Origin: a virus
Lineage: Duplodnaviria; Caudoviricetes
Direction: 5' to 3' (one strand)
Length of the DNA: 35,080 nt
Virus record (IMG/VR): IMGVR_UViG_3300032269_000669
Span: 1-35,080 of that record
Below the pieces are notes generated by a model. That model did not search any database. It was not told the origin of the DNA and saw only the letters and a program-made list of their open reading frames with translations. Positions 32,003 to 35,080 of this stretch are shown one piece after another. Position 1 is the first letter of the stretch, and each line of letters opens with the position of its first letter. The position numbers and the translations under genes were made by a program.

Positions 32003-33592
32003 TTATACGGTAGCCGTTAGTAAGAATTGCTTTAAACTGCCAATTGTCAACGGCACCCCTCCTTCGTTATCTATACCTTCTCCATCAATCACAGCACTAG
32101 CTACAGCTGATTTCTGCTGTAAAGCTTCCCACTGTCGTTTTTCAATAGAACCCGCAATAAGAATGTCTTGAATAAGAATAGTTCCCCAAGTAGAAGAGGC
32201 TCTTTTTATTCTTCCGTTTCTTTGGATGGCTGCTCCTGATGACCACGGTAAGTCGTAGTTGACAAGAAGGTTAGCTGCTGGCAAATCCACACCGTAGCCG
32301 CCCGCATCACTACTAATGAGCACACGAATAGAAGCATCTTCATTAAAAGCAATCTTGTTCTCCTCTTTAGTCTTTGCATCCAGCTTACCAGAGTAAAGAC
32401 GGCATTGTTCAGGCCCTAACTCTTTAGCAATCATGTCTAACATGTCTACATAAGTAGCAAATATAACTACTTTGTTAGCTTCGTCTTGCTCAAGGAAGTC
32501 TTTAACGTACTGAACCAAATAGTCAAGCTTAGGAGAATTACTAATACCATCGAGATGACCGCCATCAACCAAACTTGCAGCATATGCTGACCCTTCTCCG
32601 TTTAACTGTAAGAACTTTGTTGCGCTTGTTTTAAGTAAATCTGGATGCGAACATAGCATTTTAAGGCACCCAATCTTAGACATTATCTTTCCGCGTATTT
32701 CATCCTCTGGCCCACCACGTTTAGACTCATATCCATAATGAGCAAGTATATTAAAGTTAGCGCCAAACAAGGTTTGCGCGTCATCTAGTTCTTGTAATAA
32801 GTCTTGAGAGATACGGGTGTAAAGCTTTGAACACTTACGGTCAAACACAATCTCAATAGGGTCTTTATGTATTGCGTCAGGAAGGTAGGGTGCAACATCT
32901 GGGTCTTTTTGCGCTTTGCGCACTACTACTTCTTTTAGTTTATTGTTAAGAGTAGACAGATTGCGATAGTAATTAACACCGCCCCAGTTGTTACGCACAA
33001 TAAAAGCTTGGTCAAAGATGTCAAAACGACCAAGAACACTTGCATCTACAAACTGCATGATGCTGTATAGCTCTTCTGGTTTACCGTTTTCAATTGGAGT
33101 ACCAGTTAAAGCGTATCTATAAGGAGAGCTAATTAATCGTTTGACTGCTTTGGAACGTTTTGATTTAAAAGACTTGATGGCTGTGGCTTCGTCAAGTACG
33201 ACAAATCCTCGTGGGAGGTCTCGTATTTGGTCCCAGTCGTTAACAACTTGCTCATAATTAAGGATGATGTAATCAACCCCCGTATTACGCCAGTCGTTGG
33301 CTTCAAGGTATTGTTCTGCTCTTTTCTTTGGCGTTCCATCAATGACCAAAGCACGTGAAGACCCATTTGTAAACTTCTCAATCTGATTAGCCCACTGGTA
33401 TTTAAGTGAGGATAAGCAAATGATAAGGCCTGGCTCTGTAACTTTCCGCTCATCCATTAAACGTTCTATTGCTGCAATAGTAAGAACGGTTTTACCTAAC
33501 CCAAGGTCATAAGCAACAAGTATCTTGCCGCGTTCGCACATGCGGTCTACGGCCTCTGGTTGATAAGGAAGAAGCGTTCCTGTAAACGTCAT
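32003..33592 (-). CDS. SNF2-family (SF2) helicase
   Basis: LLPYQ; DLGLGKT; LDEAT; LTGTPIEN; GGYGVDL; QRNGRIKR. Confidence 0.92.
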   Translation of the reverse strand: MTFTGTLLPYQPEAVDRMCERGKILVAYDLGLGKTVLTIAAIERLMDERKVTEPGLIICLSSLKYQWANQIEKFTNGSSRALVIDGTPKKRAEQYLEANDWRNTGVDYIILNYEQVVNDWDQIRDLPRGFVVLDEATAIKSFKSKRSKAVKRLISSPYRYALTGTPIENGKPEELYSIMQFVDASVLGRFDIFDQAFIVRNNWGGVNYYRNLSTLNNKLKEVVVRKAQKDPDVAPYLPDAIHKDPIEIVFDRKCSKLYTRISQDLLQELDDAQTLFGANFNILAHYGYESKRGGPEDEIRGKIMSKIGCLKMLCSHPDLLKTSATKFLQLNGEGSAYAASLVDGGHLDGISNSPKLDYLVQYVKDFLEQDEANKVVIFATYVDMLDMIAKELGPEQCRLYSGKLDAKTKEENKIAFNEDASIRVLISSDAGGYGVDLPAANLLVNYDLPWSSGAAIQRNGRIKRASSTWGTILIQDILIAGSIEKRQWEALQQKSAVASAVIDGEGIDNEGGVPLTIGSLKQFLLTATV

Positions 33593-34149
33593 TCAGACCC
33601 GTTCAAACGGCGGTCAACCAAGAGCTCCAAGTCCTCTAGCGTTCCGCTGTTAGAAAGAATCTTGTCTACTTTATAGCCGTCCATTTCTTTCTCAGAGACA
33701 TGACTATTAATAGCGTCTGTCCCTGCGCGTTTAATACGCCAAAGCTCTACGGTTGCCCCTTCTACCCATTCACCCATTTGTTGAAGGGTGTCGGCTTCAT
33801 TAACAAATCGAACGTCCGTAATAACGTAATCGTTTTCGGGGTCTAATTGGCGCATAGCTTGGTCAATCCAAAACTGCTCACCAAAGATGTTTCTTGCAGC
33901 TACCCCTATGTTTTGCAAAAGTCGTCGTACCTCTGGATGCTTCTTAGCCTCTTCCCAACCAACAGACTCTACAAAAGAACGAAGGTAACGGGGTTCATTA
34001 CCAACCAGCGTATACATAGGGTCCGCGTCAAAAACAAAGTCTCGGATGCGGTCAGCAAAAGCAACTCGGATAAACCCATGCTTTTCTACAAGAATCTTAG
34101 CTACAGAGTCTTTGCCTGATTGTGCGTATCCAGTAAGTCCGATAATCAT
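33589..34149 (-). CDS. deoxynucleoside monophosphate kinase
   Basis: IIGLTGYAQSGKD; FADRIR; RRLLQNIG; ITDVRFVNE; HVSE. Confidence 0.9.
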   Translation of the reverse strand: MIIGLTGYAQSGKDSVAKILVEKHGFIRVAFADRIRDFVFDADPMYTLVGNEPRYLRSFVESVGWEEAKKHPEVRRLLQNIGVAARNIFGEQFWIDQAMRQLDPENDYVITDVRFVNEADTLQQMGEWVEGATVELWRIKRAGTDAINSHVSEKEMDGYKVDKILSNSGTLEDLELLVDRRLNGSE

Positions 34150-35075
34150 ATGACCGCCTTTAGTCCTTGTGCCATGTGCTTGGCTTTCTTAATCCCAGAC
34201 TCTACCTCAGCAAGGCTCATACCGCCAACATCTTTGACGTCAAGCCCTTCATAATTAAAGAACAAAGCCTCTAAGTGCATTTCCTCAGACAAATGAAGCA
34301 TAGTTAAAGCTGCAGACCTACCAGCTTCATCGTTGTCTAATGCAAAGATAACCCTATCGGCCCCTCGTATTAAGTTAAATTGAAACATAGAGATGGTTGC
34401 GCCGTAAGTTGCTACTCCGCCTTTGATACCGATAGAAGCTAGCCTTACCACGTCTAAAGGGGACTCAACAACAATCATGTCCCCGCTTTCGTACTTATCA
34501 AATCCAAATAGAGTCTTGCTCTTAGGTACTTTATTAGGAGTGTTATTAAAGTACCGCTGAGTATGGCCCTTCTCTTGCCATCCTAATAGAACACCTGTTT
34601 GAACGTTCCTAATAGGGATAATCCAGTTACTGTGTAAGCGGTCCCAACGTAACCCGTAAGCAGCGGCAGCTGAGGCGGTTAAACCACGAGCTTGTAACGC
34701 GTCCGTTGGTACATCCGTAAAAGCTGAAAGCATTGACTCTGTAACCGCTGCCATATCCTCTATAGGTTGAACCTTAGGTTTTGTTAAACGCTCAAAACGG
34801 GAACTAAGGTTAGCCGCAGAGCCAAGCCAATCATTAATCTTCTCAAAGTCAACGCCTTCTACATAACTTATAAGGCTGTACAAGTTTCCTTTGTAACCGC
34901 AAGAAAAACAGTTGTGCGCGCCAGAGTCGGCGTTAATCCACCAAGATGGGTTGCGGTCGTCTTTTCCCGTACGCTCTGCGTGAGCTGGGCAGTGTGCTTG
35001 AATCTCATCACCTCGGGTGCTGAGTACTTCAATACCTAAACGATTAAGAGTCTGCTCCATCTCCTCTACGGTCAT
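34146..35075 (-). CDS. DNA primase (CHC2 zinc finger plus TOPRIM)
   Basis: CPAH...NPSW...NCFSC; VVESPLD; ALDNDEAG; KDVG. Confidence 0.9.
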   Translation of the reverse strand: MTVEEMEQTLNRLGIEVLSTRGDEIQAHCPAHAERTGKDDRNPSWWINADSGAHNCFSCGYKGNLYSLISYVEGVDFEKINDWLGSAANLSSRFERLTKPKVQPIEDMAAVTESMLSAFTDVPTDALQARGLTASAAAAYGLRWDRLHSNWIIPIRNVQTGVLLGWQEKGHTQRYFNNTPNKVPKSKTLFGFDKYESGDMIVVESPLDVVRLASIGIKGGVATYGATISMFQFNLIRGADRVIFALDNDEAGRSAALTMLHLSEEMHLEALFFNYEGLDVKDVGGMSLAEVESGIKKAKHMAQGLKAVI

Positions 35076-35080
35076 AGGTC

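Noticed and set aside
7294-34119. Numerous 60-120 aa antisense or alternate-frame ORFs inside large genes (for example 7294, 8056, 9501, 14013, 24675, 26782, 33133, 33847)
   Set aside because: They are fully nested in well-supported genes, with no SD and no recognisable motifs.
13263-35075. Inteins, introns or stop-codon reassignment in nrdJ, recA, polA or the helicase
   Set aside because: Proteins have normal lengths with contiguous motifs, and all three stop codons end genes at coupled junctions under the standard code.
1-35080. tRNA genes, reverse transcriptase/retron/DGR, transposase, integrase
   Set aside because: I saw no cloverleaf with T-loop in the intergenic gaps and no RT, DDE transposase or recombinase motifs in any ORF.

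Overview
This window is a fragment of a large dsDNA tailed-phage genome, most likely infecting Actinobacteria (WhiB, SpoVS-like and FmdB-like zinc-ribbon genes; GlnR/MtrA-like boxes). It has three parts. (1) 1-2750, minus strand: Hsp20, several tiny CxxC proteins and a truncated Ala/Thr/Pro-rich protein. (2) About 2850-13250, plus strand: an apparent early/host-takeover island with DUF932, acidic small proteins and a MoxR-type AAA+ ATPase paired with a HEXXH-vWA protein. It is built from promoter-gene(s)-terminator cassettes separated by inverted repeats of TGTTTGTGTTGG. (3) 13260-35080, minus strand: nucleotide metabolism and replication (class II RNR, TGT-like/HAD/nucleotidyltransferase trio, metallophosphoesterase, RuvC, Cas4-like nuclease, WhiB, resolvase, RecA, PolA, SSB, SNF2 helicase, dNMP kinase, primase). 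The most unusual signal is in the early island. The 3' ends of most transcription units carry short sequences, often displayed in hairpin loops, that are exactly complementary to the ribosome-binding/start-codon regions of genes in the island. This suggests a 3'UTR-to-RBS fold-back or sRNA translational shut-off system. Much of the island also lacks several 4-bp palindromes that are common elsewhere in the window. All calls come from reading the sequence by eye; no searches were run.
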